From: an uncultured Acidobacteriota bacterium | GTDB taxonomy: Bacteria > Acidobacteriota > Thermoanaerobaculia > UBA5066 | Assembly (NCBI GenBank): GCA_963779415.1 | Contig: CAVZYA010000002.1 | Coordinates: 1,056,001 to 1,120,000, forward strand | Length of the DNA stretch: 64,000 bases | Direction of reading: 5' to 3' | In this document: in pieces, positions 18,503 to 30,182 of the stretch | How the letters are laid out: each line of letters begins with the position of its first letter | How positions within the stretch are numbered: the first letter of the stretch is position 1 | Program-made: the position numbers and the translations under genes | Notes under the pieces: model-generated | Database searches by the model: none | Seen by the model: only the letters and a program-made list of their open reading frames with translations | What the model was told of the DNA's origin: nothing

Positions 18503-19204
18503 ATGAGACCGAAAGAGACGGAGAGCCCAAGGCGCGTCCTCGCGATCGACGTCGGCGGGACGCACGTGAAGATCCTCGTAACGGGGGAGAACGAGCCGCG
18601 GAAGTTCCAGTCCGGCATGGAGATGACGCCCGAACGGATGGTCGCTGGTGTCAGAGAACTGGCCGGAGATGGGACGTACGACGCCATCTCGATCGGGTAT
18701 CCGGGTCCTGTCGTCGGGGGCGCTCCGGCGGCCGAGCCGCACAACCTCGCTCACGGCTGGGTCGGATTCGACTTCGAAGCCGCCTTCGGATGCCCGGTCA
18801 AGCTGATCAACGACGCGGCGATGCAGGCTCTCGGGAGCTACAGGGGCGGGACGATGCTCTTTCTCGGCCTCGGGACGGGCCTCGGCTCGGCGCTCATCGC
18901 CAACGGCACCCTGGTCCCGATGGAGCTCGGGCACCTTCCGTACAAGAAGGGCACGTTCGAGGATTACACGGGCATTCGCGGGCTGGAGAGATACGGCGAG
19001 GAGAAGTGGCGCCAGGCCGTCTCGAACGTCGTGGAGCGGTTCACGTCGGCCCTCTTCCTGGACGACGTCGTCCTCGGAGGGGGAAACGCGAAGAAGCTGA
19101 AGGAACTCCCTCCCGGCTGCCGACTCGGAGACAACGCCAACGCCTTTCTGGGGGGCTTTCGCCTCTGGAAGGGCAGGGAGAGCGGGAAGAGGAGCACACC
19201 ATGA
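18503..19204 (+). CDS. ROK-family (polyphosphate/ATP) glucokinase
   Basis: [42 protein letters not shown]. Confidence 0.85.
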   Translation: MRPKETESPRRVLAIDVGGTHVKILVTGENEPRKFQSGMEMTPERMVAGVRELAGDGTYDAISIGYPGPVVGGAPAAEPHNLAHGWVGFDFEAAFGCPVKLINDAAMQALGSYRGGTMLFLGLGTGLGSALIANGTLVPMELGHLPYKKGTFEDYTGIRGLERYGEEKWRQAVSNVVERFTSALFLDDVVLGGGNAKKLKELPPGCRLGDNANAFLGGFRLWKGRESGKRSTP

Positions 19205-20217
19205 AACTCGGAATGATCGGGGTCGGGCGGATGGGGGCGAACATGGTTCGCCGGCTGATCGGCGGCGGCCACGACTGTGTCGTCTTCGACATGTCGCCCG
19301 AGGCGGTGGCCGGACTCGTCAAGGAGAAGGCAGTCGGCGCCTCCTCTCTCGCCGACTTTGTGAAGAAGCTTGCTAAACCCCGTGCGGTCTGGCTGATGGT
19401 CCCAGCGGCCGTCGTCGACAAGACGATCGCCGACCTTTTTCCCCTGCTCGAAAAGGGGGACGTCGTCATCGACGGCGGCAACTCCTACTACGTCGACGAC
19501 ATCCGCCGCGCGAAGGAACTCGCGGCAAAGGGCGTTCACTACGTGGACGTCGGGACGAGCGGCGGCGTCTGGGGCCTCGAGCGGGGCTACTGCATGATGA
19601 TCGGGGGCGAGACGGACGTCGTGCAGCATCTCGACCCGATCCTCAAGCGGCTCGCCCCGGGCCGGGGGGACGTCCCGCTGACGCCGGGACGCGACAAGGT
19701 GAAAGGGACGGCGGAGGAGGGCTACCTCCACTGCGGGCCGAACGGGGCGGGCCACTTCGTCAAGATGGTCCACAACGGAATCGAATACGGGCTCATGGCT
19801 GCCTACGCCGAAGGGCTCGGCATCCTCCGCGCCGCGAACGTCGGAAAGGGAGATCACGCGGTCGACGCCGAGACGACGCCGCTCCGGGACCCCGAGCACT
19901 ACCAGTACGACCTGAACCTTCCCGACATCACAGAGGTCTGGCGGCGCGGGAGCGTCATCGCGTCGTGGCTCCTCGACCTGACGGCCGCGGCCCTGATCGA
20001 GGACCCGGCCCTCGCGAAGTTCGCCGGGCGCGTCTCGGATTCCGGCGAGGGGCGCTGGACGATCAAGGCCGCCATCGACGAGGCGGTCCCCGCTCCCGTC
20101 CTGACCACGGCGCTCTACGAGCGGTTCGCGTCCCGCGGCGAGGCGGAGTTTCAGAACAAGCTCCTCTCGGCGATGCGCTACGAGTTCGGCGGCCATCTCG
20201 AAAAGCCGTCGAAGTGA
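19201..20217 (+). CDS. gnd: Decarboxylating 6-phosphogluconate dehydrogenase (short type)
   Basis: [53 protein letters not shown]. Confidence 0.95.
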   Translation: MKLGMIGVGRMGANMVRRLIGGGHDCVVFDMSPEAVAGLVKEKAVGASSLADFVKKLAKPRAVWLMVPAAVVDKTIADLFPLLEKGDVVIDGGNSYYVDDIRRAKELAAKGVHYVDVGTSGGVWGLERGYCMMIGGETDVVQHLDPILKRLAPGRGDVPLTPGRDKVKGTAEEGYLHCGPNGAGHFVKMVHNGIEYGLMAAYAEGLGILRAANVGKGDHAVDAETTPLRDPEHYQYDLNLPDITEVWRRGSVIASWLLDLTAAALIEDPALAKFAGRVSDSGEGRWTIKAAIDEAVPAPVLTTALYERFASRGEAEFQNKLLSAMRYEFGGHLEKPSK

Positions 20218-20227
20218 GGAGAAGGAC

Positions 20228-21604
20228 ATGAGCGCTCCCCGATCGGACGCCCTCGTTTTCTTCGGGGCGACGGGCGATCTCGCTTACAAGAAGATCTTCC
20301 CGTCGCTCCAGGCGATGCTGAAGCGCAACCACCTCGACGTGCCGGTCGTCGCCGTCGCGAAGGCCGGCTGGAACCTCGACCAGATGAAGGCCCGCGCGAA
20401 GGACAGCCTCGAAAAGCACGGCGGGCTCGACCCCATTGCCTTCACGACGCTCTCCGGGCTCCTCCGGTACGTCGACGGCGACTACAACGACCCCGCGACG
20501 TTCGCGGCGATCAAGAAGAAGCTGGGCACTGCGAGTCGGCCGGCGCACTACCTCGCCATCCCCCCGGTCCTCTTCGGCAAGGTCGTGGAGCAGCTCGGGA
20601 CGTCAGGCCTCTCGGAGAATGCCCGCGTCATCGTCGAGAAGCCGTTCGGAACGGACCTCGCCTCGGCGAGAGAGCTGAACCGGATCCTCTTTTCGGAGTT
20701 TCCGGAGTCGTCGATCTTCCGGATCGACCACTACCTCGGCAAGAAGCCGGTCCAGGCTGTCCTCGTCTTCCGGTTCGCGAACGCGTTCATGGAGCCGTTC
20801 TGGAACCGGAACTACGTCGAAAGCGTCCAGATCACGATGGCGGAGAACTTCGGCGTCCAGGGGCGGGGCGCGTTCTACGACCAGACGGGGACGATTCGGG
20901 ACGTCATTCAGAACCACATCTTCCAAGTTCTCTGCAACCTGACGATGGAGCCCCCCGTCCGGACCGACAGCGAATCGGTCCGGGACGAGAAGGTCAAGAT
21001 GCTGAAGGCCATCCCGGACCTCGAGCCGGCCGAGCTCGTCCGCGGGCAGTTCACCGGCTTCAGGTCGGAGCCGGGCGTGGCAAAGGACTCGAAGACTGAG
21101 ACGTTCGCCGCGCTGAAGCTGGAGATCGACTCGTGGCGCTGGAAGGGCGTCCCCTTTTACATCCGCGCCGGGAAGTCGCTCCCCGTCACCTGCACGGAAG
21201 TCCTCGCCCGGCTCAAGAAGCCGCCGACGGTCATCAAGGAGAGCAGGCTCCACCAGAACACGCTTCGATTCCGGATCAGTCCCGAGCCGACCGTTGCCCT
21301 TGGCACGATGATCATGGGCGCCTCGGACGATATGACCGGCCAGACGGCGGAGCTGGTGGCGAGCCGCCACCCGGCGGCCGGCGAGGCCGACGCCTACGAG
21401 CGGGTCCTGACCGATGCCATCGCGGGGGACGCGACCCTCTTCGCGCGCCAGGACTACGTCGAGGAGGCCTGGCGGATCGTCGACCCGGTTCTGAGGGCAG
21501 GAACGCCCGTCTTCGGGTACGCCCCCGGCTCGTGGGGGCCGGCAGAGGTCGAGCAGCGTCTCACGCCTCCCGGTGGCTGGAACGATCCGAAGGAAGGAGC
21601 CTGA
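20228..21604 (+). CDS. zwf: Glucose-6-phosphate 1-dehydrogenase
   Basis: [45 protein letters not shown]. Confidence 0.96.
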   Translation: MSAPRSDALVFFGATGDLAYKKIFPSLQAMLKRNHLDVPVVAVAKAGWNLDQMKARAKDSLEKHGGLDPIAFTTLSGLLRYVDGDYNDPATFAAIKKKLGTASRPAHYLAIPPVLFGKVVEQLGTSGLSENARVIVEKPFGTDLASARELNRILFSEFPESSIFRIDHYLGKKPVQAVLVFRFANAFMEPFWNRNYVESVQITMAENFGVQGRGAFYDQTGTIRDVIQNHIFQVLCNLTMEPPVRTDSESVRDEKVKMLKAIPDLEPAELVRGQFTGFRSEPGVAKDSKTETFAALKLEIDSWRWKGVPFYIRAGKSLPVTCTEVLARLKKPPTVIKESRLHQNTLRFRISPEPTVALGTMIMGASDDMTGQTAELVASRHPAAGEADAYERVLTDAIAGDATLFARQDYVEEAWRIVDPVLRAGTPVFGYAPGSWGPAEVEQRLTPPGGWNDPKEGA

Positions 21605-21605
21605 G

Positions 21606-23753
21606 ATGAGTTCCATGGCACCAAACGTGAGCGGCGTGGGCGCCCCGGGCCGACGCACGGTCTACAGCATGTGCGGCATGTGCGCGGTCCGCTGCCCGAT
21701 GGAAGTGACCGTCGAGGACGGTCGGGTGGCCTGGATTCAGGGTAATCCGCACGACAAGGCCATCGGCACCAGCCTCTGTGCGAAGGGCGCGGCCGGGCTG
21801 TCCTTCGAGTTCGACGACCAGCGGCCGCAGTCGCCGCTGATCCGTACCGGCCCGCGGGGCAGCGGCCAGTGGCGGCGGGCGTCCTGGGACGAGGCCCTTG
21901 ACTACGTCGCCGACAAGCTGAAGGAGACGATCGAAGCTTTCGGGGGGCGCGGAATCGCGCTTTCCGACCGCGGCGGCCCCTTCAACGACCTGACCCGCAC
22001 CTTCGTGCAGGCGCTCGGCTCGCCGAACTACTTCAACCACGACGCCACCTGCAATGCCAATGCTCATAACGCCGGGCGCTCTATTTACGGCTTCGGCAGC
22101 GCCGGGCTCATCTTCGACCTCCCAAACACGAAGCACCTCGTGCTCTACGGCCGCAACATCGTCGAATCGCTGATGGTCAAGGAGGCCAAGGCCTTCATGG
22201 GCGCGCTGGCGAAGGGAATGCGCGTCACGTACATCGATCCGCGCGCGAGCATCACGGCGTGCAAGGCTACCCGCTATTGGCAAGTGCGGCCGAACAGCGA
22301 CTACGCCTTGAACCTCGCCATCATTCACGAAGTCCTGGAGACGCAGGCGTACGACAAGGACTTCGTCGAGCGCTTCGTCACCGGCATGGAGTCGCTGCGA
22401 GAAGCGGTCCGGGAGACGACGCCCGAGTGGCAGGAAGCCCGCACCGGCGTTCCCGCCGGCGAGCTTCGCGCTTTCGTGAAGGAGATCGCCGGGCAGGTTC
22501 CGCACGTCATCTTCCATCCGGGCTGGATGACGGCGCGCCACAAGCAGTCGTCCTACGTCAGCCGCACGGCGCTGATCCTGAACGCGCTCATGGGCAACAT
22601 CGAGATCCCCGGCGGCTGCGTGATCGCCAAGCCGCCCGAGTACTACGGCCGCAAGAGCCTGAAGCCGCTGGTTTCTCGCGTGCCGGCGGTCACGGAGCCG
22701 CGCGTGGACGGCGCGGGCACCACCCGGCCGTCCTGGGACCCGGCGATCGGGATGCTGCACCGGCTGTTCGCCGCCCTCGAGACCGGTCAGCCCTACGGAA
22801 TCGGCGCCTACGTGGCCTATCGCCACGATCCCCTGACCGGCATGCCCGACGTGGAGGCAATGAAGCGCGCGCTGGACAAGCTGAAGCTTCTCGTCTCGAT
22901 CGACGTCCGCTACTCGGAAACGGGCTGGTACTCCGACGTCATCCTGCCCGAATCGACCTACCTCGAGCGCGCCAACATCCTCGCTCAGATGCCCGGTCCC
23001 GTGCCCGTCTTTCTCATGCGCGACCAGGCGATCGCCCCGCGCTTCGACAGCCGCCCGGCCTGGTGGATCTTCCGCGAGATCCTGCGCCGCATGGACGTCA
23101 AGGAAGCGCTGGACTTCGAGACCATCGAGGAGATCTGGAACTACCAGCTCGAGGGCACGGGCGTCACCGTCGCCGAGATGCGCGAGCAGGGCATCGTCGC
23201 GCTGGCGGTCGCGCCGAAGCTCACACCGCGCGACAAGCTCAGGTTCCCGACCCCCTCCGGCAAGATCGAGATCGACAGCGACGTCCTGAAGAAGGCGGGG
23301 CTGGCCAGCCTGCCGCCCTACGAGCCGAAGGTCGCGCCGTCGGGCGATCACTTCACCCTGCTGTTCTCGAAGACCGCGACGCTGGCGCACGGCCAGTCCC
23401 TCAACAACCCCCTCCTCAACGGGATCGCGCCGGAACAGGTGCTCTGGATCCATCCCGACCGCGCAAGGCCGCTCGGCATCGGCGACGGCACGGAGGTCGA
23501 GGTCAGCGGCGGCGGAGCCTACGTCGGAAAGATGAAGGCCCGGGTCACCCCCTGGATCCACCCGGAGGCGGTCTTCATGCTGCACGGCTACGGGGCGACG
23601 GTTCCGGTCGCGACGCGTGCCCTCGGCCGAGGCGTCGCCGACCAGCGTCTGCAGCACGGCAAGCTCGACGAGTTCGACCCGGCCGGCGGCGGCTGCGCCC
23701 TGACCGAGACCATCGTCCGGATAAAGCCGGCGGCGGAGGAGGTGAGGCCGTGA
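21606..23753 (+). CDS. Mo/W-bisPGD oxidoreductase catalytic subunit, PsrA/PhsA (polysulfide/thiosulfate reductase)-like, no Tat signal
   Basis: CGMCAVRC..LCAKG FS0 motif, NHDATC probable Cys ligand, SETGWYSDVILPESTYLER, TPSGKIE, C-terminal molybdopterin-dinucleotide domain. Confidence 0.88.
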   Translation: MSSMAPNVSGVGAPGRRTVYSMCGMCAVRCPMEVTVEDGRVAWIQGNPHDKAIGTSLCAKGAAGLSFEFDDQRPQSPLIRTGPRGSGQWRRASWDEALDYVADKLKETIEAFGGRGIALSDRGGPFNDLTRTFVQALGSPNYFNHDATCNANAHNAGRSIYGFGSAGLIFDLPNTKHLVLYGRNIVESLMVKEAKAFMGALAKGMRVTYIDPRASITACKATRYWQVRPNSDYALNLAIIHEVLETQAYDKDFVERFVTGMESLREAVRETTPEWQEARTGVPAGELRAFVKEIAGQVPHVIFHPGWMTARHKQSSYVSRTALILNALMGNIEIPGGCVIAKPPEYYGRKSLKPLVSRVPAVTEPRVDGAGTTRPSWDPAIGMLHRLFAALETGQPYGIGAYVAYRHDPLTGMPDVEAMKRALDKLKLLVSIDVRYSETGWYSDVILPESTYLERANILAQMPGPVPVFLMRDQAIAPRFDSRPAWWIFREILRRMDVKEALDFETIEEIWNYQLEGTGVTVAEMREQGIVALAVAPKLTPRDKLRFPTPSGKIEIDSDVLKKAGLASLPPYEPKVAPSGDHFTLLFSKTATLAHGQSLNNPLLNGIAPEQVLWIHPDRARPLGIGDGTEVEVSGGGAYVGKMKARVTPWIHPEAVFMLHGYGATVPVATRALGRGVADQRLQHGKLDEFDPAGGGCALTETIVRIKPAAEEVRP

Positions 23754-24266
23754 GCACGTACGTTCTGCGCCACGACGAGCCGAACTGCATCGCCTGCCAG
23801 GCCTGCGAGGTGCACTGCGCGACGAACAAGGACCTCGGCCCCGGCCCGGCCCCGTGCAAGATCCTCACCGTCGGGCCGCTCGAGGTCGGCGGACGGCCCC
23901 GCCTTCGCATCACGTTCATGCCGTGCTTCCATTGCGAGGACCCGTGGTGTGTCCGGGCCTGCCCGACCGGCGCGATGCGGCGGCGCGAGAAGGACGGGAT
24001 CGTCTTCGTCGAGTCGAGCGTCTGCATCGGCTGCAAGAGCTGCATGGCCGCCTGCCCGTGGGGGACGCCGCAATGGGATCCGGCCACGCGCAGGGTCGTC
24101 AAGTGCGATTACTGCAAGGACCGGCTCGATGCGGGGCTGAAGCCGGCCTGCGTCACGAAGTGCGTGACGGGCTGCCTTTCGTTCGGCGTCGCCAGCGAGG
24201 CTTCCGGACCCGCGTCGCGAGCGTTACGCCCGCCAGATCCTCGCCGAGCCGCTGGACGGCGCATAG
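23750..24266 (+). CDS. 4Fe-4S electron-transfer subunit (PsrB/DmsB-like); 3' frameshift near 24200
   Basis: CIACQACEVHC, CFHCEDPWCVRACP, CIGCKSCMAACP, KCDYC..PACVTKC; GTGA overlap. Confidence 0.9.
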
Positions 24267-24275
24267 GGAGGAGCC

Positions 24276-27246
24276 ATGAGCGAACTCCGGACGCTGCCGG
24301 CGTGGCTCGACCCGGGCGCCAGCGCCCTCTCCGGCGCGGCGCCGCCGGCGCCGACCCTGGAAGGTGCGATGCCCGGCCTCGCCCGGGCCCAGTCGATGAC
24401 GCCCCTCCAGCGGCTGCACCGCCTCCAGGAGTCCGGCCTCGCCGAATGCGGCGGCGCGGGCGAGCCGATCCATCTCGCCTGGCGCCAGTTCCTGCGCGGC
24501 CGCGGGCCTTCGGTGCTCGTGATCGACGCGACCGGCCTCGACGCGCGGTCGCGCGGCTCGGCCGCCGTTCTCGACGGCGCGCCGTGGCTCCTGGCCGAGG
24601 GCGTTCTGATCGCCGTCGGCCTGCGCGACAGCCTCAAGGTCGAGCTGCGTCTGCCCGCCGAACTGAATGGCCGTGAAGCGGCTTTCCTGAATGCCGTCGA
24701 CTCCATCCGTTCGCTCGCCCAGGTCGCCATTCCCGCGCCGGCAGGTGGAGGTGCTGCGCGACAGCCGGCCGGGCTGCTGGGGGGAGGGGCGTCCCGCCGA
24801 CGCGTCCCGGCTCATCCACACGCCGGAGACGTGGTGCCGGATCGCCCTGCTGTTCGCAGGCGCCCCGGACCTCGACGCGTCGCTGCTGACCCTCCGGCGC
24901 GGCCTGGAGCAGCGCGGCCTCGTCGAGCTCCAGCGCGCCGGGAACCTCAGGCGCCAGATCGACGAGTGGGGCGGCGGCGGCGTGGGGCAGAGCGGGGATG
25001 CTCTGCTCGTCTTCGACGACGGGCTGGGCGGCTTCCTGCCGCTCTCCGCCTCGGATCTCGCGTGCGACCCGCTGTCCCTCGCGTCCGCGGGCGTCGTCCC
25101 GGCGCCGTCCACCCTCATGGCCATGGCCGAGGGCGTCTGCGTCGTCAAGCGGACCGGGCGCGCGGTCTACCGGCACTGGCAGCTCGCCGACGGCGAAGAG
25201 GCCCCGGTCCGGGGGGCCCTGGCGCGCGCCGCGCGCCTGATCTCCGAGATCTCGCTCGGCCGCGGCGAGGCCGCGCATCTCGCCGCGCTCGACGCGATGG
25301 CGATGGAGCTCGCCACGCAGGGGCTGGCGGCCGCGTGGCCGCTCGGCAGCTCCCTGCGCCACTACCGCGAGCAGTGGGAGCGCCACGTCCGGCGGGAGTC
25401 CTGCCCGGAGGGGCTCTGCCTTTCGCCGCGGGCCGCGCCCTGCCACAGCACCTGCCCGGCCAACATCGACATCCCGAGCTTCATCGCCCACCTCGGGCAC
25501 GGGGACTATCGCTCCACCATCGAGGTCATCCGGCGCGACAACCCGCTGCCGCTGACCTGCGGCCTGGTCTGCCCGGCGCCGTGCGAATCCGCCTGCGTCC
25601 GCGGCAGCCACGACGGCGCCGTCTTCATCCGGCCGCTGAAGGCCAAGGCGGCCGAGCACTGCCTCGCCGACGGGGGCTACCCGAAACCCGAGCTCGCGCC
25701 CGAAACGGGCAAGCGGATCGGCCTCGTCGGCTCCGGCCCGTCCAGTCTCACGGCGGCCTACTACCTGCGCACCCTTGGCCACGACGTCGAGATCCACGAG
25801 GCGCAGGAGCACGCCGGCGGAATGCTGCGCTACGGCATCCCCGCGTACCGGAATCCCGCCCGATCTGCTCGAAAAGGAGATCGACCAGATCCGGGCCCTC
25901 GGGGTCCGGATTCTCACCGGCTCTCCGGTCGCCAGCGTCGAGGAGTTCCGCAAGAAGTACGACGCCGTCTTCCTCGGGCTCGGCACGCAGAAGGCCCGGC
26001 TGCTGCCGGTCGAAGGCGCCCATCTTCCGTTCGTCCTCGGCGGCATCGACTTCCTCCGCGCCGCGCGGAGTGGAGAGCCGGTGCGCGTCGGGCCGCGCGT
26101 CGTCGTCATCGGCGGCGGAAACGTCTCGATCGACGTCGCCCTGACGGCCCTGCGCCAGGGTGCAAGGCACGTGGACCTGACCTCGCTCGAGAAGCGCCGC
26201 GACATGCCGGCCAGCCCCGACGAGATCGAGCTCGCGGTCGCCGAAGGCGTTCAGGTGCACGCCGGCTGGGGGCCGCTGCGTTTCGAGGAAGAGGGCCTCG
26301 CCGTCTTCCAGTTCTGCGAGCGCGTCAAGGACGAGACCGGCAAGTTCGATCCGAAATTCGACGTCAACCGCCTCCTGCAGCTGGAAGCCGATCACGTCAT
26401 CCTCGCGACCGGCCAGGGCACGGACCTTTCGTGCCTCGAGGGGAGCGGCGTCGAGAACAACCGCGGCTTCATCGTCGCCGACCCGAAGACGAAGATGACG
26501 ACGGTCCCGGGCATCTTCGCCGGAGGCGACGGGCAGCACGGCCCGCGGACGGCGGTGGAGGCGATCCGCTCCGGGAAAGATCGCCGCGGCCTCGATCGAC
26601 GCCTGGCTGCGCGGGACGACGCTCGACGCGGCCGACCGGAACGCCCGTGCGCCGCGCCGAGGTGACGCCGCTGACCGTCGTGGCGGAAGACCGGGCCCAT
26701 CTGCGGCGTGCCGCGATGCCCGAGAGGACGGTCGAAGAGACCGTCGGGGAGGGCAACTACGTCCGGATCGAGGAGGGCCTGACCGACGCGATGGCGCACG
26801 ACGAGGCGCGGCGCTGCCTGCGGTGCGACGTGTGCATCGGCTGCGGCCTCTGCATGGCCGCCTGCAGCGAGATGGGCGTCGAGGCGATCCGCATGGCCGA
26901 CACGCCGGCCGGTCGCCTCGCCCACTACGACTACCTGCGCCCGGGGGAGCGGTGCATCGGCTGCGGCGCCTGCACCGAGGTCTGCCCGACCGGCGCGATC
27001 CACCTCGAGGATCAGGGCGGCGTGCGGCGCACGATCATCACGGGAACCGTCGTGAAGGAACAGCCGCTCCTGACGTGCTGCGAGTGCGGCGCGCCGACGC
27101 AGACGCCGGCTCACCGCGACTTCGTCCGCCGTCGCCTGCCGGATCACATGGTGAGCCACCTGGACCGCGAGCTCTGCACGGCCTGCGCCCGCGGGCGGGG
27201 CGATCGTCCCGGAGTGGGAGCGAACGTGGTGGCGCCGCCGGGGTAG
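24276..27246 (+). CDS. Fusion of a degenerate NuoF-like domain, a GltD/NfnB-type FAD/NAD(P)H oxidoreductase and a ferredoxin; frameshifted in this assembly
   Basis: SGLAECGGAG (NuoF-like), APCHSTCPANIDIP, CGLVCPAPCESAC, GSGPSS, GGMLRYGIP, GGGNVSIDVA, IFAGGD, EARRCLRC, two CxxCxxCxxxC motifs, terminal CxxC..CxxC. Shifts near 24735, 25850 and 26580-26640. Confidence 0.8.
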
Positions 27247-27276
27247 CTCCCGGCATCCCCGATCGCGCCCCTGCGG

Positions 27277-28896
27277 CTACAGCATCGAGTCGACCGGCAG
27301 CGCGCGCAGCAGGTTCGCAGTCAGCTTCTTCCAGAAGCCCGCGTAGGGCTCGGAGTCGAAGACGACCTGTCGGCCCTCTGTCGTTCCCGTCCAACGCAGC
27401 GTCTCGCGGCCGCCCACGCCACGGGCAAGGCCCACCCGGAAGGCCACCTTGTCCACGTTCTCGTCGAAGCTCTTTGCGGCGCCGCCTGCGACCGTCGGCT
27501 CGTGGAAAAGGATCCCGATTTCGTCGTTCAGAAACAGGGAGCGCTGGTCGAAGTTGAACGAGCCCACGAACATCGTCGTGCCATCGATTGCCATGGTCTT
27601 GGCGTGCAGGCTCGACTTGCTCAGGCCGGGAAGCCAGGTGAACAGCGTGCGTTCCAGGTCCTTGACCTGCTCGTTCAGCTCGTAGAGCTGCACCCCGCTT
27701 CGAACGAGCTGCTTGCGGTGCCGCATGTACCCGGCGTGCACCGCGGTTACGTCGTTGGAGACGAGTGAGTTGGTCAGAATCCGAACCTTCACTCCCTTGC
27801 GGCTCAGGTCGCACAGCGCGTCGGCGCCGACCTGGCCGGGTACGAAGTAGGGCGAAACGAGAATGAACTCCCGCGTCGCCGCTCGGATGACCGGCGCGAG
27901 CTGCGAGATGAGGAGTTCGTCGCGCCAGGCACCGTCCCGGTCCTGCTTGACGGCCGGGTCGTGAATGACCCGGGCCGTCGCGAAGAGGAAGCGGAGCGTT
28001 CGGTCTCTCAACGACTGAGTCAACGTGGAGGCATTCAGGGCCTCGACGTATGCCGACGCGGCGTCCTGGCGCGCGGCGTCGGCCAGGGTGCCGCGGAGCT
28101 TCTCCAGGGCCCCGGCGGGCGCGGGACGGATCAACGTGCCGGCCGGCCGGGCGTGCGGGCTGTTCCAGTACTCGTCGAAGGCCCCGGAGACTTCCGCCAC
28201 GACCGGTCCGATCGCCATGACGTCGAGATCGGTGAACGCAAGGCTCGGGTCCGCCTGAAAGTACTCGTCGCCGATGTTGCGGCCGCCGACGATGGAGACC
28301 TGGCTGTCCACGGTGAAACTCTTGCTGTGCATCCGATGATTCACCGTCCTGAACCGCGTGAGGAACTGGAGGGTCTTCGATCGCCGGCGCTTGAAGGGGT
28401 TGAACAGCCGCACGTCGACGCCGCGGTGGGAGTCGATTGCCGACCACACGTCGTCGGCCTCCCCGCCGTACATGTCGTCGATCAGCATGCGTACCCGTAC
28501 GCCCCGGTCGGCGGCCTCGACGAGCTCCCGGAGCAGGAGCCTCCCGACGGTGTCCTGGTGGAACATGTAGTACTGCACGTCGATGCTGCGCTCGGCGTGG
28601 CGCGCGTTCACGGCCCGCGCCACGAACGCGTCGCGTCCGCTGCCCAGCAGGTGAACGCCGGAAAGCCCCGCGTGCTGCTCCAGCTGGGGCCGAAACGTCC
28701 TGCCAAGGGTCGTGCTCTCGCCGTCGCCGATCGTGAAGGAGATCGCGAGACCTCCGCCTGCTTCGATCGTCGCATCCGTGCCGAACGGCACCGAGGAGAC
28801 GTCCACCTTCTTGCCGGCCTTGACCGTCGTCTCGGTTTCGTCGGCGAACGGCAGGAACGGCAGGGCGGCGAGCGTCGGCAGGGTTCGCGTTCTCAT
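27277..28896 (-). CDS. Phospholipase D family, cardiolipin synthase ClsC-like
   Basis: Two HKD motifs (RMHSKSFTVD, LHAKTMAID), GGRNIGDEYF, GSFNFD. Confidence 0.88.
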   Translation of the reverse strand: MRTRTLPTLAALPFLPFADETETTVKAGKKVDVSSVPFGTDATIEAGGGLAISFTIGDGESTTLGRTFRPQLEQHAGLSGVHLLGSGRDAFVARAVNARHAERSIDVQYYMFHQDTVGRLLLRELVEAADRGVRVRMLIDDMYGGEADDVWSAIDSHRGVDVRLFNPFKRRRSKTLQFLTRFRTVNHRMHSKSFTVDSQVSIVGGRNIGDEYFQADPSLAFTDLDVMAIGPVVAEVSGAFDEYWNSPHARPAGTLIRPAPAGALEKLRGTLADAARQDAASAYVEALNASTLTQSLRDRTLRFLFATARVIHDPAVKQDRDGAWRDELLISQLAPVIRAATREFILVSPYFVPGQVGADALCDLSRKGVKVRILTNSLVSNDVTAVHAGYMRHRKQLVRSGVQLYELNEQVKDLERTLFTWLPGLSKSSLHAKTMAIDGTTMFVGSFNFDQRSLFLNDEIGILFHEPTVAGGAAKSFDENVDKVAFRVGLARGVGGRETLRWTGTTEGRQVVFDSEPYAGFWKKLTANLLRALPVDSML

Positions 28897-29114
28897 TGAG
28901 GAATCCTCTCACTTCGCTTGTCTGAAGTGTTCACGACGTCGTCACGGAAGCCCCCGGAGTTCCGTTTTCTTGAGCGTAAATCTCGCGCCGTCCCATGTAC
29001 ACGAAGAAGGCGGGCGGCGCGCATTGCCCCAAAGAACCGCACAGGAAACGCGGCCGGCGTTGGGCGAGTCACCTCGCGGCGGTCAGGACGGGCCGGCTCG
29101 GATTAAGATCGCGC

Positions 29115-30182
29115 ATGCCTCGCTGGACATGGCTCGTTCCCTCCGCCGCGTTGCTTCTACTTACCACAGCCGTCGTCGTGGGTGTCAGCCCTCTGCTCAC
29201 CGTCTTGAGTGCGGCGACGCTCATCGGCGCGGTCATCGCCGCGGTGCACCACGCCGAAGTGGTCGCGCATAGGGTGGGTGAGCCGTTCGGGACGCTCGTA
29301 CTCGCGGTGGCGGTCACGGTCATCGAGGCCTCACTCATCCTCTCGATGATGCTGGCCGGTGGTGCGGGCAAGGCGATGCTTGCGCGCGACACGATCTTCT
29401 CGGCCATCATGATCATCACCAACGGCGTGATCGGAATCTGCCTCCTGGTTGGGGGGCTGCGCCACCGCGAGCAGTCGTTTCGCGTCGAGGGAGCCGGGCC
29501 GGCGCTCGCCGCGCTGATCGCCCTCGCGACGCTCTCGCTCGTTCTGCCATCGTTCACGACGACCACGCCGGGCGCGACGTACAGCACCCCACAACTGGCC
29601 TTCGCGGCCGTGGCCTCACTCACGCTGTGGGCGGTGTTCGTCTTCGTGCAGACGGTACGGCACCGGGACTACTTCCTGCCCGTCACAGGTGCCGCGGACG
29701 AGAACACGCACGCCCCGGCACCGTCGAAAGGACAAGCGTGGGCGAGTTTCGGCCTGCTGCTCCTGTCGCTCGTGGCGGTCGTTGGCCTCGCCAAGGTGCT
29801 TTCGCCCACGATCGAGCGAGCCGTCGTCGCCGCCGGTGCGCCCGAGGCGGTGATCGGGATCGCGATTGCCATGCTCGTACTACTTCCCGAGACATGGTCC
29901 GCGGTGCGGGCCGCCCGGGCCGACCGGCTTCAGACAAGTATTAACCTCGCCCTCGGCTCGGCCCTCGCCACCATCGGCCTCACGATCCCCGTCGTCGCGA
30001 TCGCGTCGGTGACGTTTCACATCCCGATGACGCTCGGCCTCGAGCCCACGGGGGTCGTGATGCTCACACTCAGCTTTGTCGTGGGCTCGATCACATTGGG
30101 CACCGGCCGGACCAACATGATGCAGGGCGCGGTGCACCTCGTGATCTTCGCGGTGTACCTGTTCCTCTCGTTTGTTCCCTGA
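29115..30182 (+). CDS. chaA: Ca2+/H+ antiporter (ChaA-like)
   Basis: AVHHAEVVAHRVGEPFGTLVLA, LLPE, NLALGSALATIGLTIP, QGAVHLV. Confidence 0.88.
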   Translation: MPRWTWLVPSAALLLLTTAVVVGVSPLLTVLSAATLIGAVIAAVHHAEVVAHRVGEPFGTLVLAVAVTVIEASLILSMMLAGGAGKAMLARDTIFSAIMIITNGVIGICLLVGGLRHREQSFRVEGAGPALAALIALATLSLVLPSFTTTTPGATYSTPQLAFAAVASLTLWAVFVFVQTVRHRDYFLPVTGAADENTHAPAPSKGQAWASFGLLLLSLVAVVGLAKVLSPTIERAVVAAGAPEAVIGIAIAMLVLLPETWSAVRAARADRLQTSINLALGSALATIGLTIPVVAIASVTFHIPMTLGLEPTGVVMLTLSFVVGSITLGTGRTNMMQGAVHLVIFAVYLFLSFVP

